Below are positions 15,728 through 29,650 of a stretch of DNA of 64,000 nt, piece after piece. The DNA comes from Eledone cirrhosa (taxonomy: Eukaryota). A model generated the notes under the pieces. The model saw only the letters and a list, made by a program, of their open reading frames with translations, ran no database searches and was not told the origin of the DNA. Position numbers and translations under genes: made by a program. Position 1 is the stretch's first letter. Every line of letters starts with the position of its first letter. Location of the stretch: assembly GCA_964016885.1 (NCBI GenBank), contig OZ024742.1, forward strand, positions 281,480,001 to 281,544,000, read 5' to 3'.

Positions 15728-16839
15728 AAACGGAAGATGTATGTCTGTGTGTGTGTATGATTTTTATGTATTTCCACATTTCTCTACCGATTTTGATGAT
15801 TTTTTTCCAATGTGCTCCAAATTTAGCAACGATGGTCAACGCGTAATAAACTTTGCCAAAACTTTCCTGCTTCTATGAAAAAATCGATAAAACTAAATAC
15901 ATGCTGTAACCCTCTCTCTTACACGCTTATTCACTTTCTCTACTACCAACAGCGACAAAACTTCGTTCAGGAACGCGACATTTTATACAACAACAAACAT
16001 AGTCATAACGCTCTCTCCGTCGCTCTTCCCTCTTTCTATAATAGATCATTCCCCCTCTCTATAATTTAACTGCTGGGGAGTCACTGGAGTTCCGTATTGA
16101 CACAGCTTTTCTGGGGTATTTTAAATCGGCTTATTGCAAATAACAACCCGTAAAATAACACTTCATATAACAGATTAATGCAATAGACATATGAATCGGA
16201 ATGTTTAAATTATTTATGTCTTACGACTTTCATTGGTTAAATATTAATATGACAACACCCATAGTGTTGTACTTCTAGCAATTCTGCCGAATACAATGTC
16301 AAGGATGAACCTTTTCCCCTCGGCGTCAGATATCCCGTTCGATTTCCGGCGATCCCAATTCCCGGTGAGACCATGTTTTGCCATGTCCATTAATAAGTCA
16401 CAAGGGCAAACATTGTCGGTGGCGGGCATCCATTGGGGGGAGCCATGCTTCTCCCATGGCCAACTTTATGTTGCCTGTTCCCGCGTATGGAGCAGGAATG
16501 GACTTTTCGCTTACATTCCTCAAGGGATGACACGCAATATCGTCTACAAAGAGGTGCTATAAATGTTGGATGTGTTGGAACTATGACGTCTGGACAGATC
16601 TGACACCCAGCGGCATCAGGGCCACCATCTTGCAACTTTGGTCTGCTAAATTTGCTATTGGAAGATTATTAACCCGTCATTGATTGTCCAAAATGCTAAT
16701 TGGTTCGTAACTTTCAATAACCGGTTCAACTGCATTATGCACTTAATTGATAAGCTTATTCGCTTTCAAGCCACGTTTACCTGTATGTAACTTTTCATAG
16801 CAAATGAACAAGCCCGAGCAACGCCGGGTCAAACTGCTA

Positions 16840-16840
<1 letters not shown>
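15710..16840 (+). mobile_element. Helitron deletion derivative retaining the helicase C-terminus
   Basis: 5' (TA)nAAAACGGAAGATGTATGTCTGT resembles the 48975 copy; 3' hairpin CCCGAGCAACGCCGGG then CTAG|T at 16837-16840. Confidence 0.8.
16296..16562 (+). pseudogene. Helitron Pif1-like helicase C-terminal fragment
   Basis: PFDFRRSQFPVRPCFAMSINKSQGQTL...FSHGQLYVACSRV...TRNIVYKEVL matches RepHel helicase motifs V/VI. Confidence 0.95.
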
Positions 16841-16895
<55 letters not shown>

Positions 16896-16922
16896 ACGTG
16901 TGTGTATATATGTATATATGTA

Positions 16923-16983
<61 letters not shown>

Positions 16984-17013
16984 AGATCAAACGATGGTTA
17001 AAGGAGTTCCATA

Positions 17014-17084
17014 TATTTTATTATGCGCATTTCAAAAACAAATATCATCATGCAATAATATTTGTGTTTTCATCAGATAAAACA
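17014..17084 (-). ncRNA. Type I hammerhead, mirror copy of 19652-19722
   Basis: Exact reverse complement in the left arm. Confidence 0.8.
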
Positions 17085-18240
17085 GGACATGATATGAAGG
17101 TTAAAAAACACTTGTGGATAGTTCAGTTTTAAATCAACATATGAGAAGTAGTTTTAGATTGATGTGTGATATTGGGAAAAATATTTTATTTAGAGGGGGG
17201 GATGAAAAAAAGAAGGAGATGAGAGTGAAGGTGGAGAGGGAGGAGTATAGTGAGGAAGGATGAGATAGGAGGAGAGATGGGTGATAGAGAGAGAGAGATA
17301 GTTTTTATAACTGAGAAAGATATATTGTTTTGCTTAGAGAGGTTGAAAACCGTTGGAAGATAATGTATTAATTAAAAGAATTTGAAAATTAACGAAGAGA
17401 AAAATATGTGCGAAGAAAAAGGAGTTAATATGTATTGAGAATAATGAGTTAGATGATAGGGAGAAAAGAATAATGAATTGAGGATGAATATTCTAACGTC
17501 AAAAAAAATGTATATGTTTACGAAGGATTTTTACAAGGTGATATAGAGTAAGAATGTGTTGTATTATGTAATAATTGATTCTATGTTAGGCAAGAGTGAG
17601 AAAAGGTACAGATTAGGGGTTAGATATTAGAAGAGAAGAAAAGGAAGTGATAAATATGGGTGATGTAGAAAGAGTAAACAAGTATTATAGAATTTGAAAA
17701 TTAACGAAGAGAAAAATAATGTAAAGTTAAGGTTTGTATATTGAAGGATTTGATAATATGTGCGAAGAAAAAGAAAATGTATTGAGAATAATGAGTTAGA
17801 TGATAGGGAGAAAGGAATAATGAATTGAGGATGAATAACCTAGCGTAAAAAAAAATGTATATGTTTACGAAGGATTTTTACAAGGTGATATAGAGTAAGA
17901 GTAATGAGTAAACAAGTATTATAGAATGTATAATAACCTTTGAAATAAGGTAGAAAGATGGGTATATTTTTAAAAGAAGTGTATATATATGTGCCTTTGA
18001 GAAAAAGATTCTAAATTGATAAAGAATTGAATATTAGCTGTATACTTTGTGAAATGTTTTATGGAATTTATGCAAGCAGATAGAAAACAAGTCAGTGCGT
18101 CTATTTATTATAGAATCTAGATTAGAGATAATGGTAAATTTTTCATTTAGACAGAGATTGCAGATTTTAGATAGAGAACTGTTCAAGTATAACTTTACAT
18201 TCGTAAATTAAGTTTTTATCAAGACAATGGTTGTTGAGAC

Positions 18241-18657
18241 CATAAAAATAAATGTCCTCTCAACAACCATTGTCTTGATAAAAACTTAATTTACGAATGT
18301 AAAGTTATAACTGACACCAATTCCTTCACCTATTTTGGCTCCACTTCCACCTCTTTTAAAGCTCGTCTTTATAACCATTATTCGTCTTTTAAATACAAAC
18401 TTAAAAGAACCAACACGGCTCTCTCAGTACTCATATGGTCCTTGAAAGACAAAAACATTAAATATAGCATCTTTTGGAAGAAGGTTTCTTCTGCGTCTTC
18501 ATACTTGAACAGTTCTCTATCTAAAATCTGCAATCTCTGTCTAAATGAAAAAGTTACCATTATCTCTAATCTAGATTCTATAATAAATAGACGCACTGAC
18601 TTGTTTTCTATCTGCTTTCATAAATTCCATAAAACATTTCACAAAGTATACAGCTAA
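18241..18657 (+). pseudogene. GIY-YIG endonuclease domain of a Nematis-like PLE, 5'-truncated
   Basis: KCPLNNHCLDKNLIYECKV...TYFGSTSTSFKARLYNHYSSF...TALSVLIWSLKDKNIKYSIFW...ICNLCLNEK...INRRTDLFSICFH; in frame with ORF 18442-18657. Confidence 0.88.
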
Positions 18658-19651
18658 TATTCAATTCTTTATCAATTTAGAATCTTTTTCTCAAAGGCAC
18701 ATATATATACACTTCTTTTAAAAATATACCCATCTTTCTACCTTATTTCAAAGGTTATTATACATTCTATAATACTTGTTTACTCATTACTCTTACTCTA
18801 TATCACCTTGTAAAAATCCTTCGTAAACATATACATTTTTTTTTACGCTAGGTTATTCATCCTCAATTCATTATTCTTTTCTCCCTATCATCTAACTCAT
18901 TATTCTCAATACATTTTCTTTTTCTTCGCACATATTATCAAATCCTTCAATATACAAACCTTAACTTTACATTATTTTTCTCAAATCCTTCAATATACAA
19001 ACCTTAACTTTACATTATTTTTCTCTTCGTTAATTTTCAAATTCTATAATACTTGTTTACTCTTTCTACATCACCCATATTTATCACTTCCTTTTCTTCT
19101 CTTCTAATATCTAACCCCTAATCTGTACCTTTTCTCACTCTTGCCTAACATAGAATCAATTATTACATAATACAACACATTCTTACTCTATATCACCTTG
19201 TAAAAATCCTTCGTAAACATATACATTTTTTTTTGACGTTAGAATATTCATCCTCAATTCATTATTCTTTTCTCCCTATCATCTAACTCATTATTCTCAA
19301 TACATATTAACTCCTTTTTCTTCGCACATATTTTTCTCTTCGTTAATTTTCAAATTCTTTTAATTTATACATTATCTTCCAACGGTTTTCAACCTCTCTA
19401 AGCAAAACAATATATCTTTCTCAGTTATAAAAACTATCTCTCTCTCTCTATCACCCATCTCTCCTCCTATCTCATCCTTCCTCACTATACTCCTCCCTCT
19501 CCACCTTCACTCTCATCTCCTTCTTTTTTTCATCCCCCCCCTCTAAATAAAATATTTTTCCCAATATCACACATCAATCTAAAACTACTTCTCATATGTT
19601 GATTTAAAACTGAACTATCCACAAGTGTTTTTTAACCTTCATATCATGTCC

Positions 19652-19722
19652 TGTTTTATCTGATGAAAACACAAATATTATTGCATGATGATATTTGTTT
19701 TTGAAATGCGCATAATAAAATA
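19652..19722 (+). ncRNA. Canonical-core type I hammerhead ribozyme (minimal stem III, predicted dimer-active)
   Basis: TTTTAT CTGATGA AAACACAAATAT..ATATTTGTTTTT GAAAT GCGC ATA ATAAAA; ATGCGCAT palindrome; predicted cut after 19714. Confidence 0.85.
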
Positions 19723-19843
19723 TATGGAACTCCTTTAACCATCGTTTGATCTGATATTATGCATACTCCAGTCCCACAAACTGTAGAGTGCTTCTTATTC
19801 GATATCTGCATTGCTTTATTGTACTACAATAAAACTCACCTCC

Positions 19844-19879
<36 letters not shown>

Positions 19880-19880
<1 letters not shown>

Positions 19881-20095
19881 GTGGCCGAGTGGTTAGAGAA
19901 TTGGTTTCGCAATCGTGAGGTCGATTCCTGGACCGAGCAATGTGTTATGTCCTTGAGTAAGACATTTTATTTCACGTTGCTCCTTCTATCTGGAGTTGCG
20001 ACCGATAGATAGTATTAGCAATGGGGAAAGACAAACGGAAACATTGCTTCTTCGGTCCGATTTGACGAAAGTCGCTCGACTGTCGTTGTCGAAAT
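19880..20095 (+). mobile_element. tRNA-derived CORE-like SINE
   Basis: gtggccgagtggttaga (A box), ggtcgattcc (B box), tgtccttgagtaagacatttt. Confidence 0.75.
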
Positions 20096-20153
20096 ATTTA
20101 TCTATATATATATATATATATATAAAGTGTGTGTGTATAAATATGTATGTGTG

Positions 20154-20186
<33 letters not shown>

Positions 20187-20203
20187 ATAAATATGTATGT
20201 GTG

Positions 20204-20329
<126 letters not shown>

Positions 20330-20334
20330 AATAT

Positions 20335-20373
<39 letters not shown>

Positions 20374-20379
<6 letters not shown>

Positions 20380-20559
20380 GAAATGACAGGAGGCTGGATT
20401 TGTGTCATTTCATTATAATATTTAACTCCGTAATCGCACCACCAACTACAAAAACAAAGACGGTTGAACTGCTTTACGTTGAGTACTCTCCATATTATTA
20501 CATTACGATTGACCATACGGAATAGACCAGTTCTATACAGTGGTGAACCTCAAACCTGA

Positions 20560-20560
<1 letters not shown>
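20374..20560 (+). mobile_element. Short fold-back plus tail with ACTC...GAGTAC hairpin in (TA)n
   Basis: tataatgaaatgaca/tgtcatttcattata; ACTC CGTAA...TTACG TT GAGTAC at 20425-20486. Confidence 0.65.
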
Positions 20561-20591
<31 letters not shown>

Positions 20592-20896
20592 ACATATTTA
20601 TGGGTATCTATATTGAAAACTTCCATTGTTGTGCACTCAAACATTCATATAGAGAGTGAGTCATAACAGTAACCGGGAAGTGCAATATTTATATTCCGAA
20701 TGATAATATTTACTAAAATTCTGGTCATACATTGCGGAATTGTGAATAAATGAAACAAAAATACTTTTAAAAAATATAAACATGGCTGATAGCACACAAA
20801 TAAGCGGATGCAAAAGATTATATCTGAACCTTACAATGCAATAAAAATGCATCGACTGCCTTGTTGCTTGTGACTCAACATGTATATAAATATATA

Positions 20897-20964
<68 letters not shown>

Positions 20965-20993
20965 ATATATATATATATAATCAAATATACTAT

Positions 20994-21064
<71 letters not shown>

Positions 21065-21557
21065 CATATAAACACACACGCACACACACATATATATATA
21101 TAATGTGTGTGTCCGTGTAAGTATGTATATTTACACGGGTACACACATTTATTCCTCATATACGAAAAACGTATTTATGGACATGTCTCAAGGCAGTACC
21201 GGTGATTTAAGATAATTAGAAACTAGAAATGCTGGAAAAGCTATCATATATATATATAGAGAGAGAATTAACAATTTAATGTTCGGTTATGTGTTGCATA
21301 ATATACTTGGCCACTAATTGCCAAATAAACATGTCCATATTGACTGATATATCAACAGTGTGTCTGAATGAACAAAGGTGGCTCTCACAGGACTGAATCT
21401 GCTATGAACGAAAGAGAATGAAATCGTGACGCCCTGCTTGTTTCAGAGTCGTTAATATTCCCACTTGATGATTTTATATCCACCGAAATTTTTTTCAAAC
21501 CAATATTTTACCCATATATAATGAGCCCCTGTATTCGTATGTTTAATAGTACTGTAT

Positions 21558-21922
<365 letters not shown>

Positions 21923-22133
21923 GAATGAAACGAAATTTCATTTCTCACTCCAAGTACGGCATTTACTTAAATGTAATAGATACATACTATATATATATAT
22001 GTATGTATGTATGTATATATATATATATATGTATGTATATATATATGTATGTATCTATATATATATATATATACATATATGTATGTATGTATATATATAT
22101 ATATATATGTATGTATATATATATGAATGTATG

Positions 22134-22174
<41 letters not shown>

Positions 22175-22189
22175 GCATATATATATATA

Positions 22190-22278
<89 letters not shown>

Positions 22279-22291
22279 ATATATTTATATA

Positions 22292-22325
<34 letters not shown>

Positions 22326-22410
22326 TGTATATATATATATTTCATATATATATATATATATGCATATATATATATGTGTATAGATATATTTATATATATA
22401 TATATATATA

Positions 22411-22846
22411 CAGGTCGTGGCAATAAAGTATTTTGAATAGTAGTCAGTGTGCAATATATAGCAGTAAACGTAGTTAATATTGGTTGGAATTTGAACTCTG
22501 TTGTGAACGTGTGATAATCTGTATGAACGGTGTATTTTGTCACAGGCCTATGCATACTTTTTTTGTATCATTCTGGTTTATAATACACGCATCGAACTGC
22601 TCAATTCACAAAAGATTTTTATTTCTTTGTTTTCGCTTCATTAGAAGAGGTGGTAGATGAATTGTTGCGTTGGTTTCGTCAATTGTCAAAGGAACAGTTT
22701 CAGAAAGAGTGTAATACTTTACATAAGCACTGTAGAGATGTTATTGCATTCAATGGAGATTATATTTTGCAGAATAAATACATTTTAGTTTCAATATGCT
22801 GAACATTTTCATTGAAAGGTTATTCTAAATACTTTATTATCACGCC

Positions 22847-22849
<3 letters not shown>
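22411..22849 (+). mobile_element. Degenerate mariner-like deletion derivative
   Basis: TA|caggtcgtggcaataaagtattttgaata and tattctaaatactttattatcacgccaag|TA imperfect TIRs; C-terminal ...EEVVDELLRWFRQLSKEQFQKE...DVIAFNGDYI. Confidence 0.65.
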
Positions 22850-22886
<37 letters not shown>

Positions 22887-23067
22887 ACACACGCACACAC
22901 ATATATATATATATGAGTGGAGGGTTAAAAGAAGGTTTGCGTGAGTGTGTACATAAATATAAATAAATGAATATATATATATATGTATATATATATATGA
23001 GTGTGTGTGTGTGTGTGTGTAAAAGGTAAAAAGAAATAATATATATATATGGGGGAGGGTGAATACA

Positions 23068-23099
<32 letters not shown>

Positions 23100-23109
23100 T
23101 ATGTATTTC

Positions 23110-24400
23110 TCCTTCTTCCTCGCCCACTTATTCCTATGCCATAGTGGCAGAGTCCCCAAATACTCCTACAGCGGTCTTCACAGAAGCAACCGTCTCCAAC
23201 TTATCCGGGTAAATCCCCAAATGAGACCAGCCAAGCTCATGGATGTTATCCAACCATCTTACTCGGAGTCTACCTCTAGGTTTCCTGCCGGTTGGTTTTG
23301 TTCGTCAAATATGTCCCGCGATTCTTCCCCGACACCCTCTAACCACATGCCCCTATTATCGGAGCTGTGATCTCTCAATTATTTTACACCTACATCTATT
23401 CTGAGTACCGAATGCAGAATCTGGCGCTTTACTGCACCTGCTCCTGCAATTCTTGCACTCGATTCAGCCTCCTGCTTTCCATCACTCCTGAACACGCCCC
23501 CGAGACACTGAATATCTCCACCTACGTCAGTGGAACTCCATTCACATGTTGAGTGCACTGTGCAGGCTTCCTTGAGAGGACGAGCCCCTTAGTTTTCGCA
23601 TTCCTGATTTTCATTCCAGCCATGCAGCAATCGACATCAAACATATCAGGTAAAAGTCGGAGACCACTTTCTGTTGAGTTATGTAACAACGGCATCTGCA
23701 AATTCAAGCCAACTGATTTTTCACCGTTCAATCGTGATACCACTTCCAACCCGAGTGCGCGTGTCAATCCTGTTCATAAAAATAATTGTTTCTACTTTTT
23801 GGCACAAGGCCAGCAATTAAGCCAGTGTATTACTGGTACTTTATTTTATTGACCCCGTAAGGATGAAAGGCAAAGTTAACCTCGGCGGGATTTGAACTCA
23901 GTCCGTAAAGGGACGTAACTGTGCTGCAAAGCATGGCGTCCGACCCTCTAACGATACTGCCAATCCACCGCCCTTCATAAAAATAATGAACAGGAGAGAT
24001 GGCAGTACGCATCCTTGGTGGAGTCTAACTCCCGCATTGAATAGTTTCGATTTAGCACCATTTATCCGAACACAACTACTTAGGCATTCATATAGAAACA
24101 TCTGGACAAAAAGAAGCCGACCATTGATCTTATACTCCTGCCCAAAATTCCACCAGCAGGTCCCGAGGAACGCGGTCATATGAGATCCAGGTCACCTGGC
24201 ACACACGAGTCAGTCAGAGATTACCTTCTCTATTTAGGGCTTTTAACATCATGGGTCGGATTTTATCTTACTCGGCGGCCTTGCCATATTTGAGCCCTTT
24301 AACTTCTCTTGTAATCTCAGCCTCCGAGAGATTAGACACCCCGTGCACATCAGATGAAGTTATGATCGGGTTTAGGTGATCAACAATATATCCTCTCTAC
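23110..24400 (-). mobile_element. RTE-clade LINE RT remnant interrupted by a SINE
   Basis: SCVRINGAKSKLFNAGVRLHQGCVLPSLLFIIFM and AGMKIRNAKTKGLVLSRKPAQC..HVNGVPLT. Confidence 0.8.
23781..23972 (-). mobile_element. Octopus-type SINE inserted in the RTE with target duplication ttcataaaaataat
   Basis: ttcataaaaataat flanks both sides (~23772 and ~23974). Confidence 0.85.
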
Positions 24401-25871
24401 CTGTATATATATATTCCAAAAATGTGGAGGTTCAAAATTATTCATAATCAATTATTCTGAAAATAAATAATGGAAATATAGTCACTGTTTTTATGAAGAC
24501 AAGAGTGACAATGGAAGTAAAAAAAATGTGCATGAAAATTGCGAACAAATAACGTCCGCACCCTGTATATATAATGATATTCACTTCAAATAATCTATTA
24601 CCCGCCATATAATTTGAAATTTCGAGAATATGTTTATCCATATCAATAATATTCATTTACAATATATATTAATTTTAATCAGAGAAGAAGCAACAGTATT
24701 AACCTTATTCATGGCATCTGAAGTTGCTCGAGTCTAGACTTTGATTTTTAAAAAAAAACTTGACCAAGATCACACCCCTTAAGGAGAAATCCGAGTCCTT
24801 ACAAGCTCAATATTGCCTGGATTTACCCCTCAGTGGCTCACTTAATACATCACTCGGGTCAAAACTATTAACTGGATTGTAGACGCTTTTAATTTAGTCC
24901 TCAATGTCGCAAAAATTCGCACCACTCTTGTCTGAGTATAGCAAAAGCTCTCGTTTATTTTATTTTATTTGTGTGTTTTTTTGTTGTTGTTCTCCACAAA
25001 TTCCAATGTCACTACAAGAAAGCATAGTTGCTGTCCTTCCTGTTTCGACTAAAATGGAAAGCAAAAGGAAAGGAGCCAATCATCAGATCGCTCGAATTGC
25101 AAAGCCACTTCCATGTTTCCTTCGTGTTGCAAATTACAATCGGATGCACGACTTGATTAGAAATCTAGCCGATATGGCTTGGTGAGACTAAAAATAAATC
25201 TAAAATGAAAAATGAATCCTCAGCTTTGTTGACGGAATTGCTGATGATATACTCTCTGCCGATCTCAAATGTTGTCCGAAGTTGGCGGGGTTTGAAGTCA
25301 GAAGGCGCATAACCGGATCAGATAACGAAAAGCTCTACTCGTTCTACTCTTTCACAATTCTATAAATTCACCATCCATGGACTGGTAATTTGTTTATTGT
25401 CACCGATAGAACGAAAGGCAATGTTGACTCTATACATAAAGTGTAGAGAGTAGGAACGAATACCTAGTTATTTAATATATAATTCGCCGCCTAGGTATAA
25501 AATAGATGAAAAATAATAAATGAACTACATACGAACGCAGAACTTTCAATCGACATACTATCCAAGTAAGTTACAGAAGCCGAGCAATAACATAAATGGG
25601 TGATGTAGAAAAACAAATAGCTATACATTGTGTGCAGTCATTTGGTGCAGTAAGTCTGTTCTCGAAGAGTGCATCTCATTGAAAGACTGAATTGGTGAGT
25701 GGCATGATGCTATATTCAACTCATCGCAGGTGTAAATAGCTTGATAGCTAATTCATTGTTGTCTTTTGTATTAGCTTATTTTTTCTTATCTTTTTCATGC
25801 AAGTAAAACTAAGTGTAAACATTCAGCTGAAGTAACAGTTTTATATTATATTTGTATGTATGTTTGTATGT

Positions 25872-25931
<60 letters not shown>

Positions 25932-26000
25932 TTTCATATATATATATATACATTTATATAAGTACGTATATACAATTATATATATATATATACATACTGT

Positions 26001-26089
<89 letters not shown>

Positions 26090-26508
26090 AGTGTGCGTGT
26101 GTGTGTGTATTCATTATATTCATACATCCATATATGCATATATGTATATATGTATATATATATAAAATGTAATGCGTGTGTCTGTTTTATGTTTGTGTGT
26201 GTGTATACATCATTTTTATGAATGTTTCTAATGCATTGGGTATAAATGTGTGTTGTATATATGTTTGAGTATGTGTGAATATTCGTGAATGCATATATAT
26301 GGTATATATTCTATATACATATGTGTTTGGGTTTATCTTTTCTATATATTCTACATATGAGTTTATTTATCTTCGTGTGTTTCAGTATTGTGTATAATGC
26401 AAAGATATGGACGTGGGTAGCGGAAGTGAGGGGATTGATTCAGTCACGTATACATGAGTGAATATAATGAATTCTTTTGTTCAAAGATATGTAGTTAGAT
26501 GTTTGTAC

Positions 26509-26624
<116 letters not shown>

Positions 26625-26836
26625 GAGTATGTGTATTAGTTTTATGTATACCTCTAAGGTGTGATGTGTAGCGTCTTTTATGCATATTCTAAAGTTGAGT
26701 AGTCAGTTCTATATTTCTTTTACGTTATAAATAACAATTGCATGCTAGACTAGACATTATATTTAGCCGATATGGCTTGGTGATCCTGAACATATCTCCA
26801 ATCAATGATGATACCTCAACGTGGTTGACGGATATG

Positions 26837-26889
<53 letters not shown>

Positions 26890-27652
26890 ATACATTAACA
26901 GAGAAAGCTTTAAGCGATACTCTGACCAACTCCATCTCACTCATCAAACATTAGGATATACCTAAGTATAATCCCAATTAAGTGTTTGGGGTGCTAACTA
27001 TATAGTATTTCGTGGAAAGTTGGTTGTATTATTTTATATGAGACATAATTAAATAAATCTCTCTTTCCTTCCATACGATCGTTTCGTTATAAGATTTCTA
27101 CAAGGCGGGATAAATAATGTCCAAGTTATGTAGAAACTAGTATATAATCCATAGATATACACAGAAGCGGGCTCTTATAACTCTATCAGTGGATGCCCAT
27201 GCAATATCGATATAAAAAACTACATCGATATTAATAATTAGTGATGGTCTCCGTCAGTGCTAGAAGGAGAGCTAAATTTGAAAAGCCAGTAGTCTTTCAA
27301 AATGAAATTCAAACTGTCCCCAAAAGGGAAAAGGGAGGTCATCGTAAAATATAAAATAATATACACGCTGGTCATTGAAGCCTGTTAGGTATTTTAACCA
27401 CGTGTTTAAGAACTCAATTGGATATTAAAAGAATAAACATATGTATGTACCATCTACACACGCATAGAGATATTAAAAAAATAATAAATATATGTACGCA
27501 CTATCTATACATACATATAGGTATTTTCTCAGGCAAAAATATCAGACATCAGATACAGGAAAATACAATCAATATTTCTTATAATGAATAAATAAAGAAA
27601 GTCATACCTAAATATCTGGAATGTTCATATCTGGCCATCCAAGGGTATAAAC

Positions 27653-27716
<64 letters not shown>

Positions 27717-27789
27717 CAGACTTTCTCTAAAATCACTCACAATGTTTTTCTAAGTTGATTATAATATGATTATTATTATTATTGTTATT

Positions 27790-28600
27790 ATTGTTCATAA
27801 ATCCCAGACACCTAAATGTAAAAAGATCTGGATATTTCAGATAGGGAGAATTTGACAAATGTCCCTCACAGCATTCTTTCCCGTGTCTTACATATACAAT
27901 AGTTTCCTTAAAATCCTTGCTGTGCCAAGAATAGCTACACTTACCTGTAGCGATGCATTAATTACGATTCTACTTACAACCGTCTTCAAAACTGTCCGAT
28001 ATACATCCCAATACTACAATCCCCACTTGGAATTACTAAAACTTCTTCATCCTCCACACTTTTCCGACCTCCTCCTTAAGTGGTTCATACTTATCTATAA
28101 TTTCATGTTTGGTAATTTGGGCTTCATATTTCTTCTTGTTTACAGCTAAAATGTCTGTCCTTCTTTCCTCAATCATTCTATAGCATTGAATGGTGAAATG
28201 ACACAGAAGCTTAAATTCGTTATTTTCTAACACCCCTTCTGCTCTCTGCTCATACCATTTAGTTGCTCTAACGAATACACATTTCTCAGATATCATCCAT
28301 TGGATATATCTAGCAACGTTTTCATGTCGTCCGGACCAACTTAATTCATTCAATTAGAATATCGCTTCTTTTTTTTCACACATTCTACATAATGTGGATT
28401 TTATTGGTTGTCAACATAGTGTTTAATGTTGTTAGTTTGAAGAACCTGCTACTGGTCACTGTGCAACGGCAATTTGGTTCATATTTTCAGGTCGCCATGT
28501 GTAAGCCACGACCAGCTCTTTTCCCAATCAACGTCTGTTTTATCTCTAGTGTACTATCCATACATAAATTTATCCTTCCATTCCCTTTTAAGTTTATTTT
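27790..28600 (-). mobile_element. R4/Dong-like non-LTR retrotransposon, C-terminal restriction-like endonuclease region
   Basis: RHENVARYIQW...KWYEQRAEGVLENNEFKLLCHFTIQCYRMIEERRTDIL...DKYEPLKEEV.KVW matches the RHD..W / KLLWDF.IQ.D..RRPD pattern. Confidence 0.8.
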
Positions 28601-28604
28601 TCAT

Positions 28605-28960
28605 GGTGGAAAACGTCGTGTGGTGGGCATGTTTGAAAGGGCTGAAGAGGAGCCATTACCTCATCGGTGAAGCCCTGATTAACCTTTTAAAATTTCATTT
28701 GAAAAGGAAAATTAGGGTGGAAAAGGAAGTCCCCCCTTCCCAGCAATTTGTTGAAATATGGGTGAGAGAGGGGAGGAGGGCCCGAGTGAGTGGACCTGTT
28801 CTGAGTATGTGCCTGTAAATTGGAGATGGAAAACTGGGAAAGGGCACTTTCCCTCCTGGTCAGGGTCCACTGTGCATTTTTGTGGGCTTTCTCCACGTGA
28901 CCCTCGGGGGATGTTCCTTTGTTTCATTGTTTTGTTACATCCGTTGTTTATATTTTATGT
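28605..28960 (+). mobile_element. Tx1/L1-like LINE 3' fragment
   Basis: VVWWACLKGLK....GEALINLLKFHLKRKIRVEKEV is homologous to 51430-51635. Confidence 0.8.
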
Positions 28961-29462
28961 TTTTGGTTTTACACGCAGACACGTTTATTTAGCAATCCCA
29001 TAGCACCTTCACTCGGTCGTTTTCTATCACCGACTCTGGTTTGTGCTCATGCCACTTTTGAGCAAGAACAATAATCAATTCTTTTTTGCCGCCTTGAAAA
29101 ATAAGGCTTCGACGATGTGATACAATTCAAATATCTCTCTAACAATACCCCTATGAATTGCCCTATTGTAGGTTGCATTTGGCTAAACTCATCCTCAACC
29201 GTCCTACACTAGCTGTTCTTTAAGCGTCTAGGTTTTTTCTCATCTCACCACCCACCGTCAGGCACTCTTCAGCTTAATGCTTCCATTAGAATCCTGTCAT
29301 TTTCTAGTCACTTTTGAATCCACAGTCTTAAAAATTAATAAGAAAGATGCATTGGAAAATTCAATTTACGAACATACTATGACAGAAAAAATACGTGATG
29401 GCTATGACTGGAATGATTTCGATCTTATAATATTCTTGATCAGAACTAAGTTGTTTATAACA

Positions 29463-29650
29463 AATAATAATTGTTTTTTTACTTTTGGCACAAGGCCAGC
29501 AATTATCCCAGTGTATTACTGGTACTTTATTTTTTCGACTCCGTAAGGATGAAAGACAAAGGGATATGAATTCAGACCATAAATGGCTGTAACTCTTTGC
29601 TGCAAAGCATGGCGTCCAAACCCTCTACCGATACTGCCAATCCACCGCCA
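29463..29650 (-). mobile_element. Octopus-type SINE
   Basis: Same family sequence as 11310-11505. Confidence 0.8.

Larger units (their letters stand above)
16976..19846 (+). mobile_element. Nematis-like Penelope element 3' portion as a 2.8 kb fold-back (left arm ~16976-18238, right arm ~18258-19760, tail to ~19846)
   Basis: Arms are near-identical reverse complements; contains a GIY-YIG coding region, long 3' UTR and hammerhead; flanked by (TA)n. Confidence 0.9.

Noticed and set aside
19880-19935. tRNA gene
   Set aside because: The A and B boxes belong to a SINE head; no complete cloverleaf.
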